Origin: Batkoa obscura
Lineage: Eukaryota
Assembly (NCBI GenBank): GCA_030770535.1
Contig: JASVEC010000015.1
Coordinates: 620,001-684,000, forward strand
Reading direction: 5' to 3'
DNA: 64,000 nucleotides
Shown: positions 38,816 through 51,935 of the stretch, one piece after another
Numbering within the stretch: position 1 is the first letter of the stretch
How the letters are laid out: each line of letters begins with the position of its first letter
Position numbers and translations under genes: made by a program
The notes under the pieces: generated by a model
Told to the model about the DNA's origin: nothing
Databases searched by the model: none
What the model saw: the letters and a program-made list of their open reading frames with translations, nothing else

Positions 38816-39973
38816 TCAGTCCTTTTTTGACCAAGATTCAACGTTAATATCTTGCCCGATTTTAAGATTACCTATAGAAATTAATCGAATATATATTTTC
38901 AATAGTTTATTATTTACCATAGGACAATGGGATAGCATTAATTCCAAAGAAGGATCTATATTTGTTGATATTCTTAAAAGTTCGACGATATGTGGACAGT
39001 GTCTTTGAGGGTTCCAACGTATGCTTAATACCAGTATCTGGATTAACATTAGGGAATGGACAACGGGCACATGGAAGATCAAAATATAATTTTATATCAT
39101 TATTAACATTTGCTACTAAAAAATCATCCTCTTTATGTGGTTCATTGACTCCTTTAATTACTATGTTTGGTCGAAAATTTCGATAGTCTACATTCACATC
39201 TTTATTCTCTTCACGTAATTTCTCCTGTAATTCTTTTACAGATTCTTCACTTAACATTAATATTGGGTATCTGTTAGAAAAAGCGATCTGAATATATTAA
39301 TGGTTTGTATTTGTATTATAATTTTATCACAAATATAATAATATACTTACCTCTGTAGGAGTATTCTTAAATTCTTCCTTATCAAAGTTGACATAATCAA
39401 CTGGACGGACCTTGTCTCCCTTAATGATTAGCTTAACTTTCATACCTAAATTTCTTGAAAACCAGTCATCGATTTTGTCATTTAATTTATATCCATGAAT
39501 ATTTTTAGCCTCGTAAAAATCTAAATAAATCTCGTCACCATATTCACTATTTAAATAGGTATTATATATCGTCAATTTTTAACTTTTACATCATAATTTA
39601 TTTACTTCGTGTTTGGGTCTAAAATGATACTATTATTTTCATCGTCTTTCACATATACTTTAATTAAAGTATGATCGTTATCTTCAATCAACTTAGGTTT
39701 TATGCTGTATAACTTAAACTATTAATGAATTGGATATCCAAGTTACATTATTTTTTACTTTTGGATATTCAGTAGCTCTAATTATGGTATTATTCTCGTC
39801 AATTATTGTATATAATCTATCAAACTTAAGGCCATCTAATTAATCATTTTTAATATACTTTCATATTTGGCAACTATTCTTCAATTCTTACGCTTGTCTA
39901 ATTCAATCTCATCTATTTCAAGTCCAGCACATGATTTAATAGGGTAAACAATAAGTTTGGTAATCTCAATCAT
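38816..39973 (-). CDS. MOSC-domain protein, copy D
   Basis: MIEITKLIVYPIKSCAG, GLKFDR, AFSNRYPILM, NFRPNIVI, PCARC, FFGIN; same intron pattern as A/B. Confidence 0.85.
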
Positions 39974-40942
39974 TTTAATTGTAAGATTTAAATTTAAATA
40001 TTTTACACAAAAATAAAAGTAAAATTAAAAATCGATACTGTTTCCTTTATATACTCTTTTAAAAGCTCAAAGCATGACATAATTCAATTAAGGTTTATCA
40101 TAAATTACCTATTTAAGGAGTTTGAAACTGCGGTAAATTCTGATTCAATATTCAACAGAAGGTGACTGGATATTTTTATGCAAAATATTATCATTTAACT
40201 ATTTTAAACCATTTTCCATTACTAATATTATATTATATTAGTAATTCTTCAACCTTATTTATAGTTTAAAAAGTATGCACTACTTTGTACCAAAGGTACA
40301 AAAATAGTTTTATTGCTATTTGGTAGTTTAATCAATAAAATAATGTTATATTGACAAATCAAATTTTAATTTATTAATTTGCCCATTAAATAAGTATTTG
40401 CCAATGCAAGAATTAGAAAAATAAAATTCTATATTTACTTTTTTACAATATACCTTAAGCTTTTATGTATATCAATTTTTTATTATATTATTGATACGAT
40501 GATATTATGTTAAAGATATTTGATTTTAAAATTAAGCTAGGACAAACTAGTAACAGAAACTTTACAAAAAAATCATTGTTCTAAAAAAATACTCGACTAT
40601 TTTAAAGTTACTATCAATCAAAATAACCTAAAAAGGTGCTAAAATAGTATATCACAGTTTATTTTCGACTTAAGTGCTTTATTAACTTTGTAAAAAACAG
40701 TATGCGTTAAGTTCATATTATGAACAAATATAGTAAATTAGGATAAAACATTTGAAAATAAACTCTGATTACACTACAATGATCAATTAATTAATCTTTA
40801 GCTTGTAAAAATAAATCTTAAACTTTAACTTCAATAAAACTAAAGTTATATCATAATGACCACTTTTTATATTAAAAGGTGGTAAATGTATGGGGTATTT
40901 AAATAGGAGAATAGTAGTAAAAAACAAAATAAAATTTAAAAC

Positions 40943-42986
40943 ATGTTAAATAAATTCAAAAATAAAAAGGCCCATGATAACAAAGAAAATCAAGAAATAA
41001 AGCATCCAGAATTGAGGTATCTACCAACTTTAGTAGGCATAATAACCCCACTTTCACTCATACTTACAATACCACCATTAAGAGGTAATTGGGTAAATAC
41101 GGAAAACTTAAGCGTTGATTATTATCACGATTTTAAAGGTAAATCATGATAATAACACTAGTATCAATTGGTTTATTTATTTTATTAGCTGATGTCGCTT
41201 GCTTATCATTAGCTTTTATATTTCAAGTAATAGGCACAATTGCACTGTTATTTCGATTTTGGGAGAAAAAGATTCGAATCAATACATTATTAACAGTAAT
41301 ATTCTTAACTTTACATGGTAAATATAATGTATATCATACAATAAATACCACTAATCAACTTTATTTAGTCTTATTCATAATAGCTTCGATAGTAATATAT
41401 TATGAAAGATGGCAAATGTATTATTATAAATTAATACTTAATTTAATTGGCATATCTATATCAGCAATATCGATATTACTTTTAATAATAGATTATTTTA
41501 AAAGCAATTATTTAATAAACAAGAATAGTGGAATAGTAAATAAACAAAGAATGTTAATAATTTATTTTATATTAAACACTGTCTGGGGTAAAATCGGTAC
41601 CATCATATTTTGTATCCTTGAAGACTGGGAGTTTGTGGATGGGCTTTATTTCGTATTGTGTAAGTTACGGAATGACCTCAATCCAAATCTTTACTTATTG
41701 TTTTCTATTTTGTATAGTAACGAATGCAACTATAGGGTTCGGAGATATTACACCTAACAACCGAAGTTCACAACTATTCTTGTTTTTTTATGCATTTATT
41801 GGAATTATATTTATGGGTCTTTTTATTAACTCAATAAGAATAGTACTACTTGGAGAGATAGAAAACAAATTTTTTAAAAAACTGAAAGAGGTTGAAAAGA
41901 GCACCAAAGAACGTATCAATGAAAGTGAAAATGAAAGCGATGAAAATGAAAGCGATGAAAATGAAAGCGATGAAAATGAAAGTGATGAAAGTGAAAATGC
42001 GATAAAAAATAATCAAAATAGCAGCGATAATGCAATAGGTAGTAGCCAAAATGATAACATAAATACAAGGATCAAAAATCAAACAGAAAGTGGTGTCGTC
42101 AATCTATTAAATTTCAATTTTGACTATAAGAATGCTAGTTCTATTCGAAAAAAACAACGTGAGTTAGCTCATAAAGAAAAGTCAGCTATTATAAGGCGCC
42201 AGTTTTTTTTTGCTGTTATTTATTTATTGTTGTTTTGGTAAAGACTATAATGTTATAAACTAAACCTAAAGTTAAAACTAATTGATTTGAGTTTATAGGT
42301 TTTTGGGTGGGGTTATTTTTATGTATTCAGAAGATTGGTCTTACTTTGATGCCATTAACTTTTGTTTTATTTCATTTACAACAATTGGGTATGGGAATAT
42401 TACACCTACGACATTCCACGGTAAAATCATATTTATTGGCTATGCTATATTGGGTTTAGTAGCAGCAACCTATTTGATATCCGTTGGTACTCAATTGGGA
42501 GCCTTTACCATGCATAGGAAAATAGAAAATGTCCATGCTGATTATAAAATGGAATTACATCATAATAGGTTTAATCACAAAAGAAAACAATTAATAAAAG
42601 AGTTTGAAAGAGAAATTGTGACTGATTATGATAGTACAACAAATGGTGATAATAAGGATGAGTTGATATGTAATTTAGTAGCAATGAGTAAAATATATCA
42701 AAAACTAGTAGCTAATTTGATAGCAGATCATGATAGTGTGTTAACAAAAGAAATAACGGATAAGAAAGAGTTTGTGTATTTAGAAGAATATCATTATTTA
42801 TATTGCCATTTATTGAATCAAACGAGTAAAAAAATGGAATTGAATAAAAAGAAAAGGTTGAAAAAAAGTGAAAATAAAATTATTAGTAAGTTAGATTTTG
42901 ATTTCATGGACGATACTTTACATTCCAATGATAATAATCCAGAGAGTGGTTATATGGATCAGGCGGATAATGATTTAGTACCTTAA
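40943..42986 (+). CDS. TOK1: TOK-like potassium channel, 5 exons
   Basis: HPELRYLPTLVG, EDWEFVDGLYF, P1 TNATIGFGD, P2 FTTIGYGN. Confidence 0.85.
41917..42000 (+). repeat. Coding 15-bp tandem repeat (DENES)n in a channel cytosolic loop
   Basis: GATGAAAATGAAAGC repeated, giving ESENESDENESDENESDENESDESEN. Confidence 0.8.
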
Positions 42987-43241
42987 TGAATGTTTAATTA
43001 ATAAAAAGAGTGCGTCTTTAGTTTTGATTTTGGTTTGATATCTATTTAAATTAATTTGATCACTATAGTTATATTCTATCAATGTCTTATTCAGATTTTT
43101 AGGCAATTATAAGTATCAAATCATTTTCAAAAAATACTTGATTACAAAAAATTACTTTTAGGTTAGTTTAAGTCAATATGCCAAGTTTGTCAATGATAAA
43201 TTAAGGTGGATTATTTTATAATCTAAAATGATTTAACAAAT

Positions 43242-43339
43242 GAGGATGTATTTTTGGGTTTAAGAATTTTACTAACAATTTTCCCGCTCAAATAGAGCTT
43301 AAAAGATGAAAAAAGTGATGAAATCAAAAAAATACCCCC
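43242..43339. mobile_element. MITE copy
   Basis: 98 bp, AAAT/AAAT flanks. Confidence 0.85.
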
Positions 43340-44219
43340 AAATATAAGATAAAAAAGCTAGAAGCATCCTTGGCAAGGTTTCCTTTATACTGGTATTTCT
43401 ATTTGAAATCAAACTATTGAGCTCTTATGAATAATGTTAATAATATAGTTTATATGTTTTTTTACACTATAATTTATCCCTGAATAGGGATAAGTCTCAA
43501 AAAAACTATCTACACTTTTCTTAGAAAGTAACTGTCTTCTGAAGTGATAACATAGCTGAACACTTGGAAATAGAAATTAAACATCAATCTTTTAACACCT
43601 CTAAAAAACACTTCATTATTAGAATGAAAAACATTAAAGTAGATTAAATGAATCAGCAAAAGTTACAAAAAACAATTAAAATAGTAAAAACTGTTAATAT
43701 TTACTTAGTTTTTTGTTCAAATAAGTTTATTTTTTATTGAAAAATTTGAAAATTTGAAAATTTGTCTAGAACTGTTTAGATTTACTCTTTCAAACCTTTA
43801 TAACTATCTAATTGGGGTTTTACTTCAGGGTAGTTGATTTATGAAAAAATTATATACCATGATTGACAAATAGTAACATAAATATTACAGTTCCTATAAG
43901 TAGCTATAAATACTTTTATCAAACCTAAGTTTATTAGAATAAAATCTATTAATATTATATTTATATCAAAGTACCTATAATTTAAGTTAATTTAGCTCCA
44001 AATCTTAAATTAAAAAGAGGTTCCAAGTTATTCAACAATTGCTACCCATTAAACAATAAAGTAAAATATATGCAATGAGCTAATAGTTCTAGTACTTTTT
44101 AATATGATTTAGCTTCATTCTTTAGACCTTTTTAGATTTGTTTTGAATAATATATATAAATATACATATGAGCATGAGATGAATTTTATTTTTAGTTTAA
44201 AATATAACAAAGTACAGAA

Positions 44220-45635
44220 ATGGATTTTGGTGGGGGATTGAGCATTGCCCTAAATGTGATATCTGCAGTTGCTAGTATAATAGTAATTACAATGATGGTA
44301 TTCGTATATGTAATCGATCGCCGTTTAATGGATCGTGTCTCTTTGAGATTTACTTTAGCTATTTCAATTGTTGATTTCCTAAAAGCAGTATCAATATTAA
44401 TATACATATTTGTTGACACCCCTGGAGTTGAATGTGTGCTATTGGCTTATTTAATACCTGTGTTTACATTATTATATATGTTCTTGACAATATGTATAGC
44501 ATTAAATTTACAGCTTACATTCGTCAATGGTTTGAGGTTCAATAGTAAATGGGAAAAGTGGTATTGGTGTGTTTCTATAGTCAGTGCATTTGGTATAATG
44601 GCGGTACCATTAGCTATGGATCAATTAGGCTTTGATGAAGATACCCTATACTGTACTTATAAAGATTCCCTTTCCCCCAACACACAAATATTTATATGGG
44701 CTACATATCATAGTTGGGTATTAGCTGGATGCTTTTATTGTACATTGATTGTTATTATAGTGATTTTTAATTTAAATCGCAAAGTTACAATCATAAACCG
44801 TATATGTGAACCAGAATACTACACTGATGAAAAAGGAAAAAGAGTTAATATCAATGAAAAAGTGCAAAAAAGCTTAAAAAGGTTAATAAGAAGAATGTAA
44901 TATTAAATTAATTTTTAATTTACAGCATACTAACAAAATATATAGATCATTATATTGCCTTATCCCCGTCTTAACCCAGATTGGATATGTTGCTTCTCAA
45001 ATTTACAGTTATCACAACCCTACCAGCCCACACGAAGTTCTAGTATGGTGGTCTTTTGTTGGAACTGGTAACTATAAAAATAATATATACTACATTCTGT
45101 ATTGACAATTATCAAATTAGATTCTCCAGGACTATTAAATCTTTTTGCATTTTTACTAGATCCTTCCTTGTTTGCTGCTATAAAATCAATAAGAAATATG
45201 CATTCAACACATTCAAGCACGACACTGAAAGAAGAAAATCCGCCGATTGAGTTAAAAATGCATAAGTCCTCGGTTTATTTAAATGTTGCAGATGATCCGC
45301 TTCCCCCTCCTGTTCCAGAAAAGGACGACCATATGAGTGATGTTAATCAAGAAAATCAAGTAGCTAGATCATTGGCATGTAGTATTCCAGAAGTCGATAT
45401 TAGTTTGGGAGAAATAAAGTATCCATCGACATCTGACAATAGTTTTCAATCCACGGCTATTCCTATGACACCTAATACCATCACTTCATTCACCCCTCTG
45501 GCAGATGACAGGTGGGAAGATGAATCTAGTACCCAATCTGAAGAAGACACAGACATGGTAAAAAATGATGAATCTGAGATTTTCCATGAATCTGATTCAG
45601 GTATTACGTTGGATCACTTCCTTAGAGGGCTTTGA
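44220..45635 (+). CDS. 7TM GPCR-like receptor (cAMP-receptor/Git3-like), 3 exons
   Basis: DRVSLRFTLAISIVDFL; Cys at the top of TM3 and in ECL2; CIALNLQLTF; spliced TM6 SLYCLIPVLTQ; TM7 PGLLNLFAFLLDP; introns ~44897-44945 and ~45068-45120. Confidence 0.75.
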
Positions 45636-46623
45636 ATATCTTTACGTTTGCTTCATATTTATGTATTTGTAAAAATTAAATAATGATAATAATTTTAAAA
45701 ATAAACTGACTTTATTTTTAAAAGATTTTCATTTTGTTATTTGTATTAGATACAATTCAGATTACTTGGCTAACAATTTTGTCAAGACAAAAAGGCTATT
45801 AAATTAAAAGTGGATTTTATTTATATCTTTTTATGTTTTATCTACATAAAACAATATTAACTTTTGTAGACTTATTAGTGATATTAATTTAAAAACTTAA
45901 ATAAACAAATGCTCCAGTTTAGAGATTTTTAAAAAGATTTAAACCTTAAAAGCTTTATCATAGTAAAGTTGTGGTTTTAATTAAAATACTTGCTTAAAAT
46001 TTAGGTTTGAACAACTTTTATTTTTTATTAGTATTATTGATTCAGTATAAATGCAACTAAAATCTTTAAAATATTATTGTTTTCACTCAGGATTTTAATT
46101 ATAAGAGATATTATCAACTTATTAAAATTCTAAAATAACAAGGTGGCAAATTGTAAAGCCTGATGACGTTTAAACTGACAGATAGTATCACCAATTTTTC
46201 AAAGCAACTCATTAGGCTTTAGCTAAAATTTAGTCCACTTTTACCTTTAAATGAGCAGCTAAAGGTATTTCAATTCCTTTACAAAATTTTTAACCGTTTA
46301 TTTGAGGATAAAATCAATGTTAAAATTCTACTAAAGCATGAGAGCTAGGCTTTAAAAAAATCGGCTAAAAAATATTTAAGTACATAAGCCGTAGTTAATT
46401 AGTTCAAAGGTAAAACGAATTTAATGTTCTAGTTATCGTCAACTATTGTTTATTTAATGTGCTCAAAGTAGTTTTTTTTACTAAATTTACATCTAAAGTT
46501 TAGACCACAATCAACTATTTTATTAGCCCAAAAAATGATGGGGTGCATATAAATAAGAACGTGAATAGTAATAAGTATTATAAAAGATGCTCAAAAACAA
46601 GAAAGTAGTATTTAATTAGTAAA

Positions 46624-48608
46624 ATGATATTTAGTAAATTTAAAAAAGAGAGTAACAATCATAAAGATGAAGATAAGGATATCTATAAAATAAAACATCC
46701 AGAGCTAAGGTATTTGCCTATGGTCGTTGGTATAATTACACCGCTTTCTCTTATACTCACAATACCCCCATTAGAGGGCAACTGGTTAGTTAAGGAAAGT
46801 TTGAATGCAGACCAATACTACAACTACAAAAGTAAATTAAAATAACAAGAATAATACAATAGCCTTATTTTAATTTATATATTAGTTAATATCGCTTGTT
46901 TATCTTTAGCTATCATATTCCAAATAATTGGCACGATTACATTGTTACTTAGATTTTGGGAGAAGAAAGTTAGGATCAATACTTTACTAACAGTAGTATT
47001 CTTATTTTTACATGGTAAGCTTAAGATATTATACCACTTAATACAATGTTAATCAGTCTTATATAGTTTCATTTATCTCAGTATCAGTAATAATCTACTA
47101 TGAAAGTTGGCGGAAATATAATGACCGATTTGTATTCAATTTAATTGGTCTATCAGTTTCAGCTATATCAATAATTTTTCTAATAATTGATTTTTTTAAA
47201 AACAACTATTTGTTGAATAAAAACAGTGGAATAGTAAATAATCAAAGAATGTTAATCATTTATTTAATTCTAAATACAATTTGGAGTAAAATTGGTACCA
47301 TCATATTCTGTACCATTGAAAATTGGAATTTTGTAGATGGACTTTATTTTATTTTAGGTGAGCTATATAACAATCAAAACAACGTTTGTATTAATATTAT
47401 CTTATGTAGCAACGAATACGACTATTGGATTTGGGGACATGTTCCCTAGTAATCTTAATTCCCAAGTATTTTTGTTTTTTTATGCAATCATTGGCATTAT
47501 ATTTATGGGTTTATTTATTAACTCGATAAGAGTAGTTATACTTGAAAAAATAGAAATAAAGTTTTTATTGAAATTAAAGGAGATAGAAGATAATAGGAAA
47601 AAAAATAAGACAAAAAATAATGGAAGAAAAAGCGTTGAAAATGGAGGTGTAGACCATAACGATCAAAATAGTAATATCCTAGATGGTAATGATCAAAATC
47701 CTATTATTGCTCTATTGAGTTCAAATTGGGACTACAAAAATGCCACTTATATCAGAAAAAAGCAGCATAGATTAGTAAGTAAGGAAAAACTGATTATTAT
47801 AAAACGGCAATTTATCTTTGCAATTATTTATTTATTATTATTTTGGTAAATAATAATAAATTTAGCAATATATAGTAGTACAATATTAACTTTTTTATCT
47901 AGGTTTTTAGGTGGAGTAATTTTTATGTACTCGGAAAATTGGACCTATTTTGAATCTTTTAATTTTTGCTTTGTCTCGTTTACAACGATCGGGTATGGTA
48001 ATATAACTCCCAAAACACCGTACGGAAAAGTCATATTTATTGCGTATGTAATACTAGGGTTAGTAGCAGCAACCTATTTGATATCTATAGGCACTGAACT
48101 AGGCTCCTTTGTATTGTATAAAAGGATAGAAAATCTTCATACCAATTATAAAATTAAATTGCAACAGAATAAATTTGGTCAAACAAGAGAGCAGTTAGTT
48201 AAGGAGTTTGAAAGAGAAATATTAAAAAATAATGATAACATATTGAATCATGATAATAAAGATGAATTGATATTAAACTTAGTAGTGATGAGTAAGATAT
48301 ATCAAAAGTTAGTAGCTAATTTAATTGTAGACCATGATAGCGTGCTGACAAAAGAAATAATAGATAAAAAAGAATTTGCTTATTTAGAAGAGTATCATTA
48401 TTTATATTGCCATTTATTAAGTCAAACGAGTAAGAAAATGGAACTAAAAGAACGGAAAGAGTTAAAAAATAGTGAAGAGAAGATGGTTAATAAGTTAAAT
48501 TTTGATTTTATGGATGATGTTTTGTTAAATTATAATACAGAAAGAATGAGTTGTTATTCTGAAAGGAGTTATTACTTTCAACAAGCTATCAATTCCTCTT
48601 TAGCTTGA
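46624..48608 (+). CDS. TOK1: TOK-like potassium channel, 5 exons
   Basis: HPELRYLP, ENWNFVDGLYF, P1 ATNTTIGFGD, P2 FTTIGYGN. Confidence 0.85.
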
Positions 48609-49603
48609 AAAACTTAGAAGCTAGTTCAAATCCCAAATCTGTCAACTATATCATTTCGTTGATTCTTTTCTTTATTGTTCTTCTATTATTCATTGATAAT
48701 TGAAAATTAGTTTTCAATACTATTAAAAAGTTAAATATTACCCATATAAATAAAAAATTAAACAAAGATTACTAAATATTCTTAATGAGTAGTTTAAAAA
48801 ACACAAAATTTTACTTTTTTCAATTTTACCAGTTTTTTCAACCTATGTTTTATTACAATATAGTTTTTGATCCATCACGTTTATCTTAAAAGTAAAAAAT
48901 TTCAATAACCCAGTTAAAATTTAAAAGATATGAATGAATTTTCATAGTGTGAATTTTCACAGCTTAATAATAATATATTGTTAAAACTTTTTGTTTTTAT
49001 TTTTGTTTTTATTTTTGTTTTAGATTGTTATTTAAAAAAATTAAGCTTGTTCAAAATTCTCCTTGCTATAACCATGAAAAGCTGAAAATACTATAAATTT
49101 GGTTAAATTGAAGTACTCACTAATTTAAAATTAACCAAAATAAAAAATCACCCAGAATATAAACTCTGGACTTCAAAAATCATATTGTTTTTGATTGGAA
49201 CATCTTCCTCGTTTCAGTATTTACTAATAACTATTTTTCAAATTCATGTAGCACAAAAAGTAAACAGATGAAACCAGATAAGGCATTCCCATATGGTTTA
49301 AAGTTTAAGCGCTTTAACCATCCTTGGCAAAACTAATACACAGATTTTTATATATCTCACATTAACAGATATACTATATAGAAATTTAGAAGTAGATATA
49401 GAAGAGGTTAGAATACTGACATTTTAAAGTCAGCTTGTTATTTATAACATACAAAAATTAATTTTATCACTAAAATTGCCTATTTAGTTTAGATCATAAA
49501 TTGCCTATTTTTTATTAACCGAAACAATGTTTTAAGTATATATAAGAAGATTGGTAATAAAAATCATTATAAAGAATGAAAGGTTTTCTTTTTGATTATT
49601 TAA

Positions 49604-51581
49604 ATGCTATTTTACAATTTCAAAAATAATAATGATAATGATAGTGATAAAGACAACTATAAGGTAAAGCACCCAGAACTAAGAATTTTACCTACGCTCG
49701 TTGGTATAGTTACACCACTTTCTCTTATATTGACAATACCGCCATTGGAAGGTAACTGGATCAGTTTAGAAAGTCTGAGTGAGGAGCAATATCAGATCTA
49801 TAATGGTAGGTTATTCCAATAAATGTAGTAAACTTTATTCATTTTTCTATTAGCCAATATCGCTTGCTTATCATTAGCTATCATATTTCAAATAATTGGT
49901 ACTATTACGCTACTATTTAGGTTTTGGGAAAGAAAGATTCGAAGCAATACCTTACTAACAGTAGTATTCTTATCTTTACATGGTAAGTTTAATACAGAGC
50001 ACTATATGATAATATATTAACTAAAATTTATAGTAATATGCATAATAATTTCAATAATAATATATTATGAGAGATGGCAAAAACATTATTATAATCTTGT
50101 ATTTAATTTAGTTGGTATATTAGTATCAGCAACATCAATATTATTTTTGATGATTGATTATTTCAAGAACAATCATTTAATAAATAAGAATAGTGGAATA
50201 GTAAACAAACAAAGAATGTTTATAATTTACTTAATTTTAAACACAGTTTGGGGTAAAATCGGCACTATAATATTTTGTATCCTTGAAGATTGGGGGTTTG
50301 TTGACGGACTTTATTTTATTTTGGGTAACCCATGCAACAATAATGAATTGATATATGTACTAATATTATTATATAGTAACAAACACAACTATTGGATTTG
50401 GAGACGTATTTCCCAATAATCAAAGTTCGCAAATATTCTTATTTTTTTATGCACTTATTGGTATCGTATTTATGGGTTTGTTTATTAATGCAATAAGAAT
50501 TGCATTACTTGAAAAAATAGAAACAAAGTTTTTATTGAAATTAAAAGAGATCGAAGATAACAGGAAAAAAAACAAGATTAAGGACATTAAAGAAAGAGAG
50601 AATAACGAAAGTGAAAATATAAATGATAGTGATCAAATCAATAATGTTAAATATAATAGCAATCAATGTCAAATCATTACCTTATTGAACTCTAAATTGG
50701 ATTATAAAAATGCTAGTTTTATTCGAAGGAAAAAGCGTAAACTAGTAAATAAGGAAAAACTGATTATTATAAAACGGCAATTTATCTTTGCAATTATTTA
50801 TTTATTATTATTTTGGTAAATAATAATAAATTTAGCAATATATAGTAGTACAATATTAACTTTTTTATCTAGGTTTTTAGGTGGAGTAATTTTTATGTAC
50901 TCGGAAAATTGGACCTATTTTGAATCTTTTAATTTTTGCTTTGTCTCGTTTACAACGATCGGGTATGGTAATATAACTCCCAAGACTTTGCATGGCAAAG
51001 TTGTGTTTATTGTGTATGCACTCCTAGGATTAGTAGCAGCAACCTATTTGATATCTATAGGCACTGAACTAGGCTCCTTTGTATTGTATAAAAGGATAGA
51101 AAATCTTCATGCTAATTATAAAATTAAATTACAACAGAACAAGTTTAGCCAAACTAGGGAACAATTAGTTAAAGACTTTGAGTCAGAAATAATAAAAAAC
51201 AATCACAGCATATTAAATGATAATAATAAAGACGACCTAATATGCAATTTAGTAGCAATGAGTAAGATATATCAAAAATTAATAGCTAATTTGATTGCAG
51301 ATCAGGATAATGTATTAACAAGAGAGATATTAGAAAAAAAGGAGTTTATTTATTTAGAAGAATATCATTATTTATATTGTCATTTATTAAACCAAATGAG
51401 TAAAAACATGGAAGTGAGTGAACAGAAAGAGTTAAAGAACAACGAAAAAAAGATGATTAGTAAGCTAAACTTTGATTTTATGGACGATGTTATGTTAAAT
51501 TATGATATAAAAAGTAAAAGTTTTAATACTGTAAAAAGCAATTATTTCCAACAGGAGGCTAATGATAATTTGATACCTTGA
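49604..51581 (+). CDS. TOK1: TOK-like potassium channel, 5 exons
   Basis: HPELRILP, EDWGFVDGLYF, P1 VTNTTIGFGD, P2 FTTIGYGN. Confidence 0.85.
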
Positions 51582-51935
51582 CAACAAATCAGTTATACTT
51601 TAAATGGCCAAGTGCTTGTAGCGAATGATTTCCTTAGTTCATTAGTCGTATTAGCTCTAATATCAAAAGTTGATAAACTCTATTCAAATAATAATATATT
51701 TAAATTATTTTATCATATGAAATAAACATGTGCCTTGAATTAATCTTAGATTTAAATAGAAGAGAATTTTCTTGAAATTTTTTTAAGCTCTAGTAAATTC
51801 AAATTGTGTTGATTTCATAATCATACTAACTAATAATTATTATGCGGTTCAATGTCATTTAATAAAGAATACAAAAAGATATAAAATAGTAGAAATTTAA
51901 ATTTAGTAGAAATAAGCATATTTATTTTTTAATTA

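Noticed and set aside
29754..39973. b561 as the electron donor for the neighbouring MOSC proteins
   Set aside because: mARC uses cytochrome b5/b5 reductase; b561 is an unrelated transmembrane family
43474..43493. Hairpin TTATCCCT-GAAT-AGGGATAA, and a near-palindrome at 40859-40883
   Set aside because: Isolated short palindromes are expected by chance in AT-rich DNA
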